From Chitinophagales bacterium (GTDB taxonomy: Bacteria > Bacteroidota > Bacteroidia > Chitinophagales > Chitinophagaceae): DNA of 64,000 bases. A program made the translations under genes and the position numbers. The stretch is from NCBI GenBank assembly GCA_030832085.1, contig JAURJU010000030.1, positions 20,309-84,308 on the forward strand. Reading direction: 5' to 3'. Shown in pieces: positions 38,904 through 49,475 of the stretch (position 1 is its first letter; every line of letters starts with the position of its first letter). A model generated the notes under the pieces. The model was not told the origin of the DNA, did not search any database, and worked only from the letters and a program-made list of their open reading frames with translations.

Positions 38904-40181
38904 TTAAAGGGCCGGTGTTGCGGTTTCTCCTTTCAGATCAACCATTGCATCAGAGATTGCAGATGCTGCAATCCATCCACTTGACCAGGCATGTTGAAAA
39001 TTATAACCGCCGGTTATGCCATCGACATTCATCACTTCGCCGCAAAAATACAAACCCTTCAGTTTTTTACTTTCCATCGTTTGGGGATTGATCTCCTCCA
39101 GCTTGACACCACCTGCAGTGACAAATTCCTCTTTGAATGTTGTTTTCCCGCGCACCATGTAGCTGTCTCCACACAATGTGCGGGCCAGGCTCACCAGGGA
39201 TTGGTGTGGCACATCGGGCCAAATGGTTTCAGGCTTGATGGAGCATTTCAGCAAAAGATATTGCCACAATCTCGTACTAAGGTTGAAATTGTTTTTGGCG
39301 CCAATGGACTGACGTGCGACAGATTTGGTTTGCTTCAATGCCTCAAACATAGCACTCTCATGAAACGCTGTAATCCAATGCACTTTCACTTCAAAAGCAT
39401 ATTGCACAGCATGAAGCGCTCGGGCTGCCCTGGATGAAAGTTTGAGCACTGCAGGACCGCTAAGACCCCAATGTGTTATGAGCAAAGGGCCTGTTTCCTG
39501 CAACTTGAGTGATGGAATTCTTACTATTGCAGAAGTTGAGGAAACCCCCATCAATTCATGAAGATGCTTGTCAGGAATGTTAAAAGTGAACAATGAAGGC
39601 ACAGGCAGCTCTATGGAATGTCCGGTATTGGCCAGCCAATCGAATCCCGAAATTTTGGGATGTCCGCCTGCTGCGATGCAGATGAAATCAGCGGTTTCCA
39701 TGCTGGGCAATTGCCCATTGTGAGAAACTGCAACATTGAATCCTGCATGGTCTTTTTCAATTGAAACAACTTCCGCCTGCATGATGACCTCAACATTGTA
39801 ACGATCAGCCTCCGAGATGAGACAGTTGATGATGGTTTGGGACTGATCGGATACTGGAAACATTCTACCGTCGTCCTCTGTCTTCAACCCAACGCCACGC
39901 GCTTCAAACCAGTTTATGGTATCGTTGGAAGAAAATTGGTGCAATGTTTTTCGGACAAAATTTCTTCCCCGCGGATAGGCCTCCAGCATATCATCCACCT
40001 CATCCGATGCGTGGGTGACATTGCACCTTCCCCCTCCGCTGATGCGAACCTTCGCAAGAACCTTGGATGTTTTTTCAAGCACCACAACTTGCAGGTTTTG
40101 ATTGTTTCTTGCTGCATTCACTGCACAAAAAAAACCTGAAGCTCCTCCACCAACAACCATCAGTTTTTTTCTGCTGCTCAT
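38904..40181 (-). CDS. HI0933/YhiN (BaiN-like) NAD(P)/FAD-dependent oxidoreductase
   Basis: VVGGGASG, ISGGGRCNVT, GRMFP, THWGLSGPAVL, VTAGGV, GITGGYNFQHAW. Start set at ATG 40181 (ATGA overlap). Confidence 0.9.
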   Translation of the reverse strand: MSSRKKLMVVGGGASGFFCAVNAARNNQNLQVVVLEKTSKVLAKVRISGGGRCNVTHASDEVDDMLEAYPRGRNFVRKTLHQFSSNDTINWFEARGVGLKTEDDGRMFPVSDQSQTIINCLISEADRYNVEVIMQAEVVSIEKDHAGFNVAVSHNGQLPSMETADFICIAAGGHPKISGFDWLANTGHSIELPVPSLFTFNIPDKHLHELMGVSSTSAIVRIPSLKLQETGPLLITHWGLSGPAVLKLSSRAARALHAVQYAFEVKVHWITAFHESAMFEALKQTKSVARQSIGAKNNFNLSTRLWQYLLLKCSIKPETIWPDVPHQSLVSLARTLCGDSYMVRGKTTFKEEFVTAGGVKLEEINPQTMESKKLKGLYFCGEVMNVDGITGGYNFQHAWSSGWIAASAISDAMVDLKGETATPAL

Positions 40182-41698
40182 TTTGTCATTATCATGATGG
40201 ATGCAAACATTTCCAACCCATCCCAAAGGTTTTTAATGCGGATGTTTTCATTTTCTGCATGTTGGTTGTTGTCATGGTTGGCAATGGGAACGGTTACTGG
40301 CTTGGTGTTCAGCATTTCTTCAAAAATAAACAGAGGCAAACTTCCTCCCAGGGTTGGCAACATCAGTGGAGATTGAGGCAAGGCAGCAGAAACAGCCTTG
40401 ACAATGCTTTGGGCCATGGCATTGTCCATTGGTGTTTTCTGGGCATTGTACCCATCGGAACGAACAACCATACAGAGTTTATCATGTGCAGCCCTTTCTT
40501 CAGCAGAAGGCTCTTTTTCGGTAACATGATAACCCATGCTTTTTATATGATCAATGACTTTTTGCTGCTGTTTTTTCCAATCATTGCCTGCAACCAGCCT
40601 GAGGTCTATTGAAGCTATGGCTTTTGTAGGAATGACATTCGCTGATAATTTTCCCACGCCCGCGCTCTGCAAGCCGTTGATATTGAGTGAGGGGAGATTA
40701 AGGTTCTCATTGAGTGTTCCTGGACGTTCAGCTTTGCTGAATCCCAATTCTTTTTGAAGCGCTTGCTCAACCGGTGGCAGGCGTGACAGGGCTTTTTTTT
40801 CAGCTGATGAAAGCGGTATGACATCTTCGTAAAAGCCCCTGATCGTAACTTCCCCCTGGGCATTTTTCATGCTGGCCAGCAATTGAGCCAAGGCCATTGC
40901 AGGATTGGGTGCCCAATTTCCATAATGTCCTGAATGCAAGGGCCTTGATGAACCAAAGACAGTAAGCTCAAGATGTGTATCGCCCCTAACACCAAACACA
41001 ACTTGTTTTTGACCAGATTGGTGAACAGGGCCGTCACAAATAACCCAAATGTCACTTTTCAACAAATCGCGGTTTTGGTTGAAAATTTCATGCAGGTGTG
41101 TTGAGCCTGCTTCCTCCTCGCCCTCAAAAAAAAATTTAATGTTGACACTGGGAGATATCTTTAGCTTGGCCAACGCAGCGTATGCGTTGATGATGGTAAA
41201 AACTCCGGCCTTGTCATCCGAACTACCCCTTCCATAAATTCTCCATTCTGGATCAAATGGTGTTGCCTTGGATGGCCATTTGATCAATGATGCGCCACTT
41301 GCAAGAGAACCGTTGGCAAGTTGAGGTTTGAAAGGATGCAAACCATTGGCCCATTTGGTTGAATCAACAGGCTGACCATCATAATGTGCGTAAAAAATGA
41401 TTGTTTTTGTTGCCCCTGGCACAATGACTTCACCGTACACTGCTGGAGGAGTGTCATTTGTTTTGGAGGAAAGCAACTGAACATTGGAGATCCCCTTGGA
41501 TTTCATGTGATCTGCTATCCAAAAAGCATTCTTCCGGATATTGGGAAGATCGGCAGCAATGTTTGGAATGCGTAAAAAATCAAAATAGACATTCAGCAAT
41601 TCGTGTTCATTGGACATCCTGTACTTCCTGACCTCATTTACAGGATTGGACTGGCCCAGAACAAACATGGGAAAAATCAGAAATAGAAAATGCTTCAT
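40178..41698 (-). CDS. M20/M25/M40 family metallopeptidase, secreted
   Basis: Signal peptide, YAHYDGQP, GRGSSDDK, EGEEE, LHSGHYGN, NHDNNQHAENE. Confidence 0.88.
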   Translation of the reverse strand: MKHFLFLIFPMFVLGQSNPVNEVRKYRMSNEHELLNVYFDFLRIPNIAADLPNIRKNAFWIADHMKSKGISNVQLLSSKTNDTPPAVYGEVIVPGATKTIIFYAHYDGQPVDSTKWANGLHPFKPQLANGSLASGASLIKWPSKATPFDPEWRIYGRGSSDDKAGVFTIINAYAALAKLKISPSVNIKFFFEGEEEAGSTHLHEIFNQNRDLLKSDIWVICDGPVHQSGQKQVVFGVRGDTHLELTVFGSSRPLHSGHYGNWAPNPAMALAQLLASMKNAQGEVTIRGFYEDVIPLSSAEKKALSRLPPVEQALQKELGFSKAERPGTLNENLNLPSLNINGLQSAGVGKLSANVIPTKAIASIDLRLVAGNDWKKQQQKVIDHIKSMGYHVTEKEPSAEERAAHDKLCMVVRSDGYNAQKTPMDNAMAQSIVKAVSAALPQSPLMLPTLGGSLPLFIFEEMLNTKPVTVPIANHDNNQHAENENIRIKNLWDGLEMFASIMIMTK

Positions 41699-41736
41699 GG
41701 GGTAAAGTTAGCATATCCCCTTGAAGAATAATTGGA

Positions 41737-42537
41737 TCAGTATCCGCTGAAAAGGAAGGAGTTCAGGTTCTCATGCTCAATAATTTGCCCAAAGCTTGAA
41801 AGCACATCAACCCTTCCTCTTTTGATGCAAACCGTATGTTCATAATGCGCAGAAAACTTACCATCTTTTGTCCTAACGGTCCACCCATCTGAATCATACA
41901 TTACATCACGGGTGCCCAGATTGATCATTGGCTCTATGGCGATAACCATGTTCTCGCGCAACTTGGGACCTGTGCCCTTTTTCCCGTAATTGGGAACCTG
42001 GGGATCCTCATGCAATTGTTTTCCTAAACCATGCCCGACCAATTCCCTGACCACACCATAGTGGTGCAATCGCTCTGTATAATCCTGAATGGCAAAAGAA
42101 ATATCACCAACACGGTTGCCCGCAATGGCTTTTTCTACTCCCAGCAACAATGATGCGCGGGTTACCTGCATGAGTTGCTGGTGTTCAACGGCAACTGGTG
42201 CCAAGCCAAATGTGTAGGCACTGTCTCCATGAAAACCATTTTTGTACACCCCGACGTCTATTGAAACAAGATCGCCTTCCTTGAGTAGGTTTTTGTTTGG
42301 AAAGCCATGTACCACAGCATCATTTACTGAAATGCATGTAGCAAATGGATAACCCCTGTAATTTTTGAAAGATGGAACCGCTTGGTGATCAAGGATGAAT
42401 TCCTCTGCTCGTTTGTCCAGCATTTCGGTAGTAATGCCAGGCTTGAGCATAGAGGCGAGTTCAGCCAAAGTGCTGCTTACCAAAAGTGAACTTTCACGAA
42501 TCAGTTCAACTTCTGGATTGGTTTTGATTCTGATCAT
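41737..42537 (-). CDS. map: Methionine aminopeptidase type I
   Basis: VVHG.P, SIDVG, GDSA, GHGLG..LHEDP, AIEPMIN, SAHYEHT. Confidence 0.96.
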   Translation of the reverse strand: MIRIKTNPEVELIRESSLLVSSTLAELASMLKPGITTEMLDKRAEEFILDHQAVPSFKNYRGYPFATCISVNDAVVHGFPNKNLLKEGDLVSIDVGVYKNGFHGDSAYTFGLAPVAVEHQQLMQVTRASLLLGVEKAIAGNRVGDISFAIQDYTERLHHYGVVRELVGHGLGKQLHEDPQVPNYGKKGTGPKLRENMVIAIEPMINLGTRDVMYDSDGWTVRTKDGKFSAHYEHTVCIKRGRVDVLSSFGQIIEHENLNSFLFSGY

Positions 42538-42538
42538 A

Positions 42539-43873
42539 TCAGATGGAGGTAGTTGTTGCAGGCTGTCTTCCCTGGATCCTGCCGCCGGACATCAAGCCAT
42601 CGTACTGACGCATGAGCAAATGTGTTTCAATTTGCTGCAGCGTATCAAGAATAACACCTACCATGATCAACAATGATGTGCCACCGAAGAAGGAAGCAAA
42701 AGATTGTGTAACACCCAATTGCTGTGCAATACCGGGAAGGATTCCTATCAAAGCAAGGAAAATCGCTCCTGGCAAAGTGATCCTGTCCATGACCTGGCCA
42801 ATATAATCTGCAGTGGGTTGTCCTGGCTTTACACCAGGTATGAAGCCATTGTTTTGCTTCAGGTTGTCTGCCATCTGCTTGGGGTTGAAGATAAGTGCCG
42901 TATAAAGAAAAGTGAAGGCAATCACCATTACAACGTAGATCAACATGTACCAAATATTGCTTGGATCATTGAAAATTCTTGCCAATCCTTTACCGGATTC
43001 CAGGTTGGTGAAAGATGCCAACGTTGGAAGAAACATGATGGCCTGTGCGAAAATGATTGGCATTACACCAGATGCATTGACTTTCAATGGAAGAAATTGA
43101 CGTGCACCGGACAGGGACTTGCTGCCAACCAGTTGCTTTGCATAGCTTATTGGAACCTTGCGGACACCCTGCACCAGCAATATCAAACCAAGAATGATTG
43201 CAATGAGAAAAGCAATTTCAATCAAGAACAACAATAGACCACCACCGCCGCGTGTTTGCTTTGCCCCCAATTCACCTATGAAAGACTGTGGAAGACGGGC
43301 AAGGATACCTACCATGATGATGATGGAAGTACCATTTCCAAGACCCTTGTCCTGGATTTTTTCACCAAGCCACATAACGAAAAGCGTACCTGCGGTCAGG
43401 ACAATGATGGTTGAAAGCCAGAAATAAGGTTGGTATGCATCAATCAGGGCTTCACGGTTAACATTTTTGAGATAGGCCACGTAAGCTGCTGCCTGGAACA
43501 AGGTAACAAGTGCAGTAAGGTAACGGGTCCACTGGTTGATTTTTTTTCTTCCACTGTCTCCCTCCTTTTGAACTTTCTGCATTTGAGGAACCAAAATGGT
43601 CATCAATTGCATGAAAATGGAGGCTGATATGTAAGGCATGATTCCCAATGCAAAAATTGATGCACTGGAAAAAGATCCACCCGCAAATGTATCAAATAAA
43701 CCGAGCAAGCCCTTTTTGGCAGTTTGCAAATCCAATTTGTTGGGATCTATACCTGGTAGGGCAACATGAGATCCGAAACGATAAATAAGGATAAGCAGAA
43801 TGGTTACCGTGATCTTGCTGCGAAGATCGTCGATGCTCCATATATTCTTGAATGTTTGGATGAATTTCTTCAC
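42539..43873 (-). CDS. secY: Preprotein translocase SecY
   Basis: FALGIMPYISASI, WLGEKI..KGLGNG.S, FIPGVKPG, GGTSLLIMVGV. GTG start. Confidence 0.97.
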   Translation of the reverse strand: MKKFIQTFKNIWSIDDLRSKITVTILLILIYRFGSHVALPGIDPNKLDLQTAKKGLLGLFDTFAGGSFSSASIFALGIMPYISASIFMQLMTILVPQMQKVQKEGDSGRKKINQWTRYLTALVTLFQAAAYVAYLKNVNREALIDAYQPYFWLSTIIVLTAGTLFVMWLGEKIQDKGLGNGTSIIIMVGILARLPQSFIGELGAKQTRGGGGLLLFLIEIAFLIAIILGLILLVQGVRKVPISYAKQLVGSKSLSGARQFLPLKVNASGVMPIIFAQAIMFLPTLASFTNLESGKGLARIFNDPSNIWYMLIYVVMVIAFTFLYTALIFNPKQMADNLKQNNGFIPGVKPGQPTADYIGQVMDRITLPGAIFLALIGILPGIAQQLGVTQSFASFFGGTSLLIMVGVILDTLQQIETHLLMRQYDGLMSGGRIQGRQPATTTSI

Positions 43874-43930
43874 TGGAAAATATTTTGTCCGTTTTGGGAT
43901 TTAATGGCCATGGCCATTAAATATCGGAAA

Positions 43931-44380
43931 TTATTTGATGATTTCAACAGTGCCGCCGGCAGCTTCAATTACAGATTTGGCTTTTTCGCTGATGGCATTC
44001 ACCTTAAAGTCAACTTTGCCAGTAATTGCACCATTTCCCAAGATCTTGACCTTATCGGTGCGGTTGATGAGCCCGTTGATGTACAGATTTTCCATGCTAA
44101 AGGAAGCCAATGCATATTTCTCCACGAGGGTTTCTACTTGACCAAGGTTAAAGACCTTGTATTCAACCCTATCGCGGTTCTTGAAGCCAATTTTTGGAAT
44201 ACGGCGCTGGATTGGCATCTGGCCACCTTCATGTCCTCTTTTTGATTTGTAACCAGCACGGCTTTGTGCACCCTTGTTACCCTTGGTAGAGGTTCCACCA
44301 TGTCCTGATGCTTCACCACGACCTATTCTCTTTTCCTTTTTTGTTGCTCCTTTTGCGGGTCTTAAAGTATGTAATTTCAT
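43931..44380 (-). CDS. rplO: 50S ribosomal protein L15
   Basis: RIGRGEASG.GGT..KG.KG, EGGQMP..RR.PK, KILG.G. Confidence 0.96.
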   Translation of the reverse strand: MKLHTLRPAKGATKKEKRIGRGEASGHGGTSTKGNKGAQSRAGYKSKRGHEGGQMPIQRRIPKIGFKNRDRVEYKVFNLGQVETLVEKYALASFSMENLYINGLINRTDKVKILGNGAITGKVDFKVNAISEKAKSVIEAAGGTVEIIK

Positions 44381-44456
44381 GATGCTTGTTTTACTCAACG
44401 CAGTTCTATCAGAACCACTCGTATTAAAAAATAAGATTGATGAAGGGTCGAAGAAC

Positions 44457-44636
44457 CTAGATTTCTTCTACCTTGACCAGGTGTGTGACTTTTCTAACCA
44501 TGCCAAGAATCTGTGGAGTTGCATCCAACTCTACTGATGCATTCATCTTGCCGAGGCCCAAGGCTTCCATGGTGCGCTTTTGACGCTCAGGCCTGTCGAT
44601 GACACTTTTTACTTTTGTTATTTTTAGCTTCTTCAT
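44457..44636 (-). CDS. rpmD: 50S ribosomal protein L30 (59 aa; below ORF-track cutoff)
   Basis: Manual translation: MKKLKITKVKSVIDRPERQKRTMEALGLGKMNASVELDATPQILGMVRKVTHLVKVEEI; canonical position between rpsE and rplO. Confidence 0.95.
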   Translation of the reverse strand: MKKLKITKVKSVIDRPERQKRTMEALGLGKMNASVELDATPQILGMVRKVTHLVKVEEI

Positions 44637-44684
44637 ATTGAAACCCCTTGGGGAATTAGCGTGTTATCAAATGTATTGAAGGAA

Positions 44685-45203
44685 TTATCCGTTGAAAACC
44701 CTTTTCAGGGCAATAGATCTTGTTTTTGATACATGAATTGGCTCACGCAACATACCAAGTGCCTTGAATGTTGCCTTAACCACATTGTGTGGATTGGCAG
44801 ATCCGAGCGATTTGGCAAGAACGTCAGTTACCCCAACACTTTCCAAAACAGCACGCATGCTGCCCCCTGCGATAACACCAGTACCATGTGCGGCTGGTTT
44901 TATCAATACTATGGCGGCACCTTCCTTTGCAAGCTGGTCATGGGGTATGGTACCTTTCATGACAGGAACTTTTATCAGGTTTTTCTTTGCATCTTCTATT
45001 CCTTTGGTAATGGCTTCCTGAACCTCTTTTGCTTTACCCAGGCCATGTCCTACGACACCTTCTTCGTTACCAACAACTACGAGTGCAGAGAAACTGAATG
45101 CCCTTCCACCCTTTGTTGTCTTGACAACGCGGTTGATGGCTACAACTTTCTCCTTCAACTCAAGGTCTCCGGCTTTGACTCTGCTGTAATTTACTTTTGA
45201 CAT
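44685..45203 (-). CDS. rpsE: 30S ribosomal protein S5
   Basis: [30 protein letters not shown]. Confidence 0.97.
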   Translation of the reverse strand: MSKVNYSRVKAGDLELKEKVVAINRVVKTTKGGRAFSFSALVVVGNEEGVVGHGLGKAKEVQEAITKGIEDAKKNLIKVPVMKGTIPHDQLAKEGAAIVLIKPAAHGTGVIAGGSMRAVLESVGVTDVLAKSLGSANPHNVVKATFKALGMLREPIHVSKTRSIALKRVFNG

Positions 45204-45235
45204 CTATTGTAATATTGATTTGAACAAAATAATGA

Positions 45236-45589
45236 TTAGAACTTCAGACCACCTTCGCGTGCACCTTCAGCAACTGCCTTGACCCTGCCATGGTAAAGGA
45301 AACCACCGCGGTCAAAAACACATCCAGCCAGGCCTACTTCCAAAGCCTTTTTGGCTATGGCTTGACCAACCAACTTGCTTTTTTCGGTTTTGGTGACCTT
45401 TTGCGCCTTGATATCCTTATCACGGGATGAAGCCGATGCCAGGGTTACACCATTGACATCATCGATCATTTGTGCATAGATATCGGCATTGCTTCTGAAG
45501 ACACTCAGCCTGGGCAATGCTGCAGTTCCTGAAATCTTCTTGCGGATCGTGTACTTGATCCTTTGTCTTCTTAATGATTTTACGTTCAT
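45236..45589 (-). CDS. rplR: 50S ribosomal protein L18
   Basis: [23 protein letters not shown]. Confidence 0.97.
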   Translation of the reverse strand: MNVKSLRRQRIKYTIRKKISGTAALPRLSVFRSNADIYAQMIDDVNGVTLASASSRDKDIKAQKVTKTEKSKLVGQAIAKKALEVGLAGCVFDRGGFLYHGRVKAVAEGAREGGLKF

Positions 45590-45633
45590 CTTTTATTGTT
45601 TTTCCTGATGCTGCCAGGATCGTTAACGATTAA

Positions 45634-46188
45634 TTATTTACCAGCTGCTTTACCTGCTTTGCGGCGGATGAATTCACCCTTGTACTTCACACCTTTTCCT
45701 TTGTATGGTTCAGGTTTCCTCAAGCCCCTGATTTTCGCGGCCACTTGACCAAGAAGTTGCTTGTCAGCACCCTCCAGAAAAATACGGGGATTGTCTCCCT
45801 TTTCTTGGGTGGTTGTCACCTTCAGCTCTTTGGGGATCTCGAAAATGATGTTGTGTGAATAACCCAAGGAAAGATCCAATAAATTTCCCTGGCTAGAGGC
45901 TTTATAACCCACACCGACCAGTTCAAGTTCCTTTTTAAACCCTGTGGTTACACCAACAACCAGGTTGCTGACCAAAGCCCTGTAAAGACCATGAAGTGCC
46001 CTGTGCCTGATTTGATCAGTTGGTCGCTTCAACTCAACTGTGCTCCCATTGATTTCAACGGTGATATCACGGTCCACTTCCTGCTTCAACTCACCTTTTG
46101 GTCCTTTCACAGTTACTACGTTATCCGTTCCAACGGCAAGAGTAACACCAGCAGGAAGTTCAATAAGTTTTTTTCCTATACGAGACAT
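45634..46188 (-). CDS. rplF: 50S ribosomal protein L6
   Basis: MSRIGKK, GVGYKA, RKPEPYKGKG. Confidence 0.97.
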   Translation of the reverse strand: MSRIGKKLIELPAGVTLAVGTDNVVTVKGPKGELKQEVDRDITVEINGSTVELKRPTDQIRHRALHGLYRALVSNLVVGVTTGFKKELELVGVGYKASSQGNLLDLSLGYSHNIIFEIPKELKVTTTQEKGDNPRIFLEGADKQLLGQVAAKIRGLRKPEPYKGKGVKYKGEFIRRKAGKAAGK

Positions 46189-46290
46189 GTCATTTCAGTT
46201 TTAAATGCTTGAGGTATTGTTCAGATGGTTTCAGTTCCGTATAGAAAACTTAGTGCGCAATCCGAACCTATCGTCAAGCAATGGTTTTGA

Positions 46291-46689
46291 TTAGTATATA
46301 TAACAAAGCACTTCACCACCAACATTCTGTGATTTGGCATCCTTGTCGGTCATTACACCTTTTGAAGTGGAAAGGATGGCAACACCCAATCCATTTTTTA
46401 CCCTTTTGAATTCTACAGGTTTGGCATACTGCCTAAGGCCTGGACGTGACACACGCTCAAGGGTCCTAATGGCAGGTTCTTTGCTGATTGCATCGTATTT
46501 CAATGCAATTTTGATTACTCCCTGCTTGGAATCATCTTCAAATTTGTATTTGAGAATATACCCCTGGTTGTACAGGATCTCAGTGATACGTTTTTTAAGA
46601 TTGGAAGCTGGAATCTCAACGATTCTGTGCCCCGCCATCTGTGCATTTCTGACCCTCGTCAGAAAGTCTGCAATTGGATCTGTTGTCAT
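46291..46689 (-). CDS. rpsH: 30S ribosomal protein S8
   Basis: DPIADFLTRVRNA, SRPGLRQY, STSKGVMTD. Confidence 0.97.
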   Translation of the reverse strand: MTTDPIADFLTRVRNAQMAGHRIVEIPASNLKKRITEILYNQGYILKYKFEDDSKQGVIKIALKYDAISKEPAIRTLERVSRPGLRQYAKPVEFKRVKNGLGVAILSTSKGVMTDKDAKSQNVGGEVLCYIY

Positions 46690-46697
46690 ATTTTGTT

Positions 46698-46704
46698 CCT
46701 CCTT
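46698..46704 (-). promoter_or_regulatory. Strong Shine-Dalgarno sequence of rpsH (AAGGAGG)
   Basis: AAGGAGG ends 8 nt upstream of ATG 46689. Confidence 0.7.
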
Positions 46705-46765
46705 AGTCCCTTGTTAAGGGATTATTTCGGTTTAAGTGATTTGTTCTAGTTCTGTTTTCTTCGGA

Positions 46766-47035
46766 TTACCAGCTGGCTTTTGTAACTCCTGGAATCTTAC
46801 CTGATAATGCCATGTCGCGGAACATTACCCTTGAAAGACCAAAGAATCTCATGTAGCCCTTGGGACGACCAGTAATTTGGCACCTGTTCTTTAAGCGTAC
46901 TTTTGATGAATTTTTTGGAAGTTGATCCAAAGCCTGCCATTCACCTGCAGCCTTAAGGGCAGCACGCTTTTCTGCAAACTTTTCAACCATTTTCTCTCTT
47001 TTTCTTTGTCTGGCTTTTACCGATTCTTTTGCCAT
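46766..47035 (-). CDS. rpsN: 30S ribosomal protein S14 (89 aa, Zn-independent type)
   Basis: [30 protein letters not shown]. Confidence 0.97.
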   Translation of the reverse strand: MAKESVKARQRKREKMVEKFAEKRAALKAAGEWQALDQLPKNSSKVRLKNRCQITGRPKGYMRFFGLSRVMFRDMALSGKIPGVTKASW

Positions 47036-47084
47036 ATTTTCTTGATTGTGTTGAAACAGGGCTACTGCCCAAATTTTATATCAG

Positions 47085-47654
47085 TTAATCCTTTTTGATG
47101 TTTTTGAAAGGCATTCCCATTTCCTTGAGAAGCTCATAAGCTTCTTCATTGTTCTTGGCGGTGGTTACAAAAGTAATATCCATTCCTGTAATTTTGGTTA
47201 CCTTATCGATATCAATTTCAGGGAAAATGATCTGTTCTGTTACGCCAAGTGTATAGTTACCACGACCATCAAAAGCTTTTTCACTGATTCCTTTGAAATC
47301 ACGAACACGCGGAAGTGATGCTGATATCAACCTGTCTAGGAATTCAAACATCTTGACTCCACGAAGGGTTACACGCGCACCAATGGGCATGTGCTTTCTC
47401 AATTTGAAATTGGAAATATCCTTTTTTGATTTTGTGGCAACCGCTTTCTGTCCAGTTACTGTAGTCAACTCATCAATTGCAATGTCGATGAGCTTTTTAT
47501 CAGCAACGGCTCCATTTACACCCCTGTTGAGACAGATTTTGGTAAGCTTAGGAACTTGCATGACAGAAGTATAGCTGAATTTTTTCATCAGTGCAGGTAT
47601 CACTTCTTTTTGATACTTGGACTGTAACCTTGGTTTGTACGTTGCTGTGCTCAT
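47085..47654 (-). CDS. rplE: 50S ribosomal protein L5
   Basis: [39 protein letters not shown]. Confidence 0.97.
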   Translation of the reverse strand: MSTATYKPRLQSKYQKEVIPALMKKFSYTSVMQVPKLTKICLNRGVNGAVADKKLIDIAIDELTTVTGQKAVATKSKKDISNFKLRKHMPIGARVTLRGVKMFEFLDRLISASLPRVRDFKGISEKAFDGRGNYTLGVTEQIIFPEIDIDKVTKITGMDITFVTTAKNNEEAYELLKEMGMPFKNIKKD

Positions 47655-47992
47655 TATTTGATTACCTCCCCTGACTTTTTAGATATTCTTACTAATTTAC
47701 CATTCTCCCTGGTTCTCTTGATTTTGGTAGCTGCTTCTGTCTTGGAATCCCAAAGCATCACATTGCTGATGTGAACCGAAGCTTCCTTTTTAATCAATCC
47801 ACCTTTGGTGTTTTGGGCTGAAGGCTTTGTATGGCGTGTTACAATGTTTACCCCCTCGATCAGTACACGTGATTTTTCCGGGAAAACTTCGAGGATCTTG
47901 CGTGGCTTCTTGAGATCCTTGTCATCACCAGCGATTACCACAACGGTATCGCCCTTTTTAATATTGAACTTGGCCTTGAATCTAGTATTCAT
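47654..47992 (-). CDS. rplX: 50S ribosomal protein L24
   Basis: [38 protein letters not shown]. Confidence 0.96.
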   Translation of the reverse strand: MNTRFKAKFNIKKGDTVVVIAGDDKDLKKPRKILEVFPEKSRVLIEGVNIVTRHTKPSAQNTKGGLIKKEASVHISNVMLWDSKTEAATKIKRTRENGKLVRISKKSGEVIK

Positions 47993-48032
47993 CTTCTTTA
48001 TTTTAAGCGTTGGTAACGCAGTTTATACTCAA

Positions 48033-48401
48033 TTAGAGAACTTCTGGTGCAAGTGAAATAATTTTCATATATCCCTTGTCCCTGAGCTCGCGGGCCACTG
48101 GTCCAAAAATACGTGTTCCCCTGGGTTCATCGGAAGCATTGAGGATAACTACTGCGTTATCATCAAAACGAATGTAAGAACCGTCTTTTCTGCGGAGCTT
48201 ATTCTTCGTACGAACAATGACAGCCTTGGCAACGGTACCTTTCTTGATACCACCTGCGGGAATAGCATCTTTGATGGTGACAACAATCTTGTCTCCAATG
48301 CGGGCATAATCCTGTCCACTGTTACCCAATACACGGATACAAAGGACTTCTTTGGCGCCACTGTTGTCTGCTACATTCAATCTGGATTCTTGCTGAATCA
48401 T
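48033..48401 (-). CDS. rplN: 50S ribosomal protein L14
   Basis: [37 protein letters not shown]. Confidence 0.98.
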   Translation of the reverse strand: MIQQESRLNVADNSGAKEVLCIRVLGNSGQDYARIGDKIVVTIKDAIPAGGIKKGTVAKAVIVRTKNKLRRKDGSYIRFDDNAVVILNASDEPRGTRIFGPVARELRDKGYMKIISLAPEVL

Positions 48402-48467
48402 TTTATTATATTTTATTCGGCTTTTGCCGTTTGGTTAAACGATCTGTCTTTTGACTTTCGTGAAGAC

Positions 48468-48725
48468 CTATTTGGCTTTTTCAATAATTTCTACAAGTCT
48501 CCAGCGTTTGGTTTTGCTCAGAGGCCTGGTTTCCATGATCCTGACCACATCACCGGGTTTTGCCTCGTTGGTTTCATCATGTGCATGGAACTTGGTCGTT
48601 TTTTTAACGAACCTTCCATAGATCGGGTGCTTTACTTTTCTCTCAACAGCAACTGTGATGGTCTTGTCCATCTTGTCGCTGGTAACTGAACCCGTTTTGG
48701 TTTTGCGAAGCTTTCTTTCAACCAT
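48468..48725 (-). CDS. rpsQ: 30S ribosomal protein S17
   Basis: [29 protein letters not shown]. Confidence 0.97.
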   Translation of the reverse strand: MVERKLRKTKTGSVTSDKMDKTITVAVERKVKHPIYGRFVKKTTKFHAHDETNEAKPGDVVRIMETRPLSKTKRWRLVEIIEKAK

Positions 48726-48782
48726 TTCTTTTTATTTTAGGTCCCGGCCCTTGTCCGGATTTATTTTTAAAATTTACCTTGA

Positions 48783-48989
48783 TTAGGCAAGTGCCCTTTT
48801 TTTAATTTCAGATTTAAGCCTGGCAATGTCCTTTCGCAAATCCCTGATACTCATTGGATTTTCCAAGGGAGTAATTGCATGAGCGAAACGCATTTTTTTC
48901 AAACGCAATTCATCTTCAGTGATCTTTGCCTTGATGTCTGAATCACTCAGCGCAGTGAGGCTTTTTAGAAAATCAATCTTTTTTGACAT
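48783..48989 (-). CDS. rpmC: 50S ribosomal protein L29
   Basis: LENPMSIRDLRKDIAR; canonical position. Confidence 0.92.
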   Translation of the reverse strand: MSKKIDFLKSLTALSDSDIKAKITEDELRLKKMRFAHAITPLENPMSIRDLRKDIARLKSEIKKRALA

Positions 48990-49016
48990 GTTTCAGTAGT
49001 TTATCTTTCTAATTGC

Positions 49017-49436
49017 TTATGCCGCAAAATCCCTGCGTACAATAAACTTTGTTTTGATTGGCAATTTTGCTGCTGCAAGGTGCATTGCTTCTTGTGCAAC
49101 TTCCATTGTGACACCTTCAACTTCAAAAAGGATCCTTCCTGGCTCAACAACAGCCGCCCAAAATTCAGGATTACCTTTACCCTTACCCATCCTTACTTCT
49201 TGTGGCTTGCGGGTGATTGGCTTATCCGGGAAAATCCTGATCCATACATTTCCTTCCCTTTTCATGGCACGTGTCATTGCCTGACGAGCAGCCTCGATTT
49301 GTCTGTTTGTCATCCAAACAGGTTCCATGGCCTTAAGACCAAATGATCCGAAGGCAAGGGTGGTACCCCTCTTGGCCTCTTCCCTGATTCTGCCTTTCTG
49401 CGCCTTCCTGTGTTTCGTTCTTTTCGGTTGTAACAT
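49017..49436 (-). CDS. rplP: 50S ribosomal protein L16
   Basis: [27 protein letters not shown]. Confidence 0.97.
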   Translation of the reverse strand: MLQPKRTKHRKAQKGRIREEAKRGTTLAFGSFGLKAMEPVWMTNRQIEAARQAMTRAMKREGNVWIRIFPDKPITRKPQEVRMGKGKGNPEFWAAVVEPGRILFEVEGVTMEVAQEAMHLAAAKLPIKTKFIVRRDFAA

Positions 49437-49475
49437 GTTGAAGTATTTTTAGTGAATACCCTTTTTAAAATAAAA

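Noticed and set aside
46766-47035. Zn-free S14 as a zinc-starvation paralogue
   Set aside because: It sits in the canonical spc position; the 89-aa Cys-poor form is normal for Bacteroidota.
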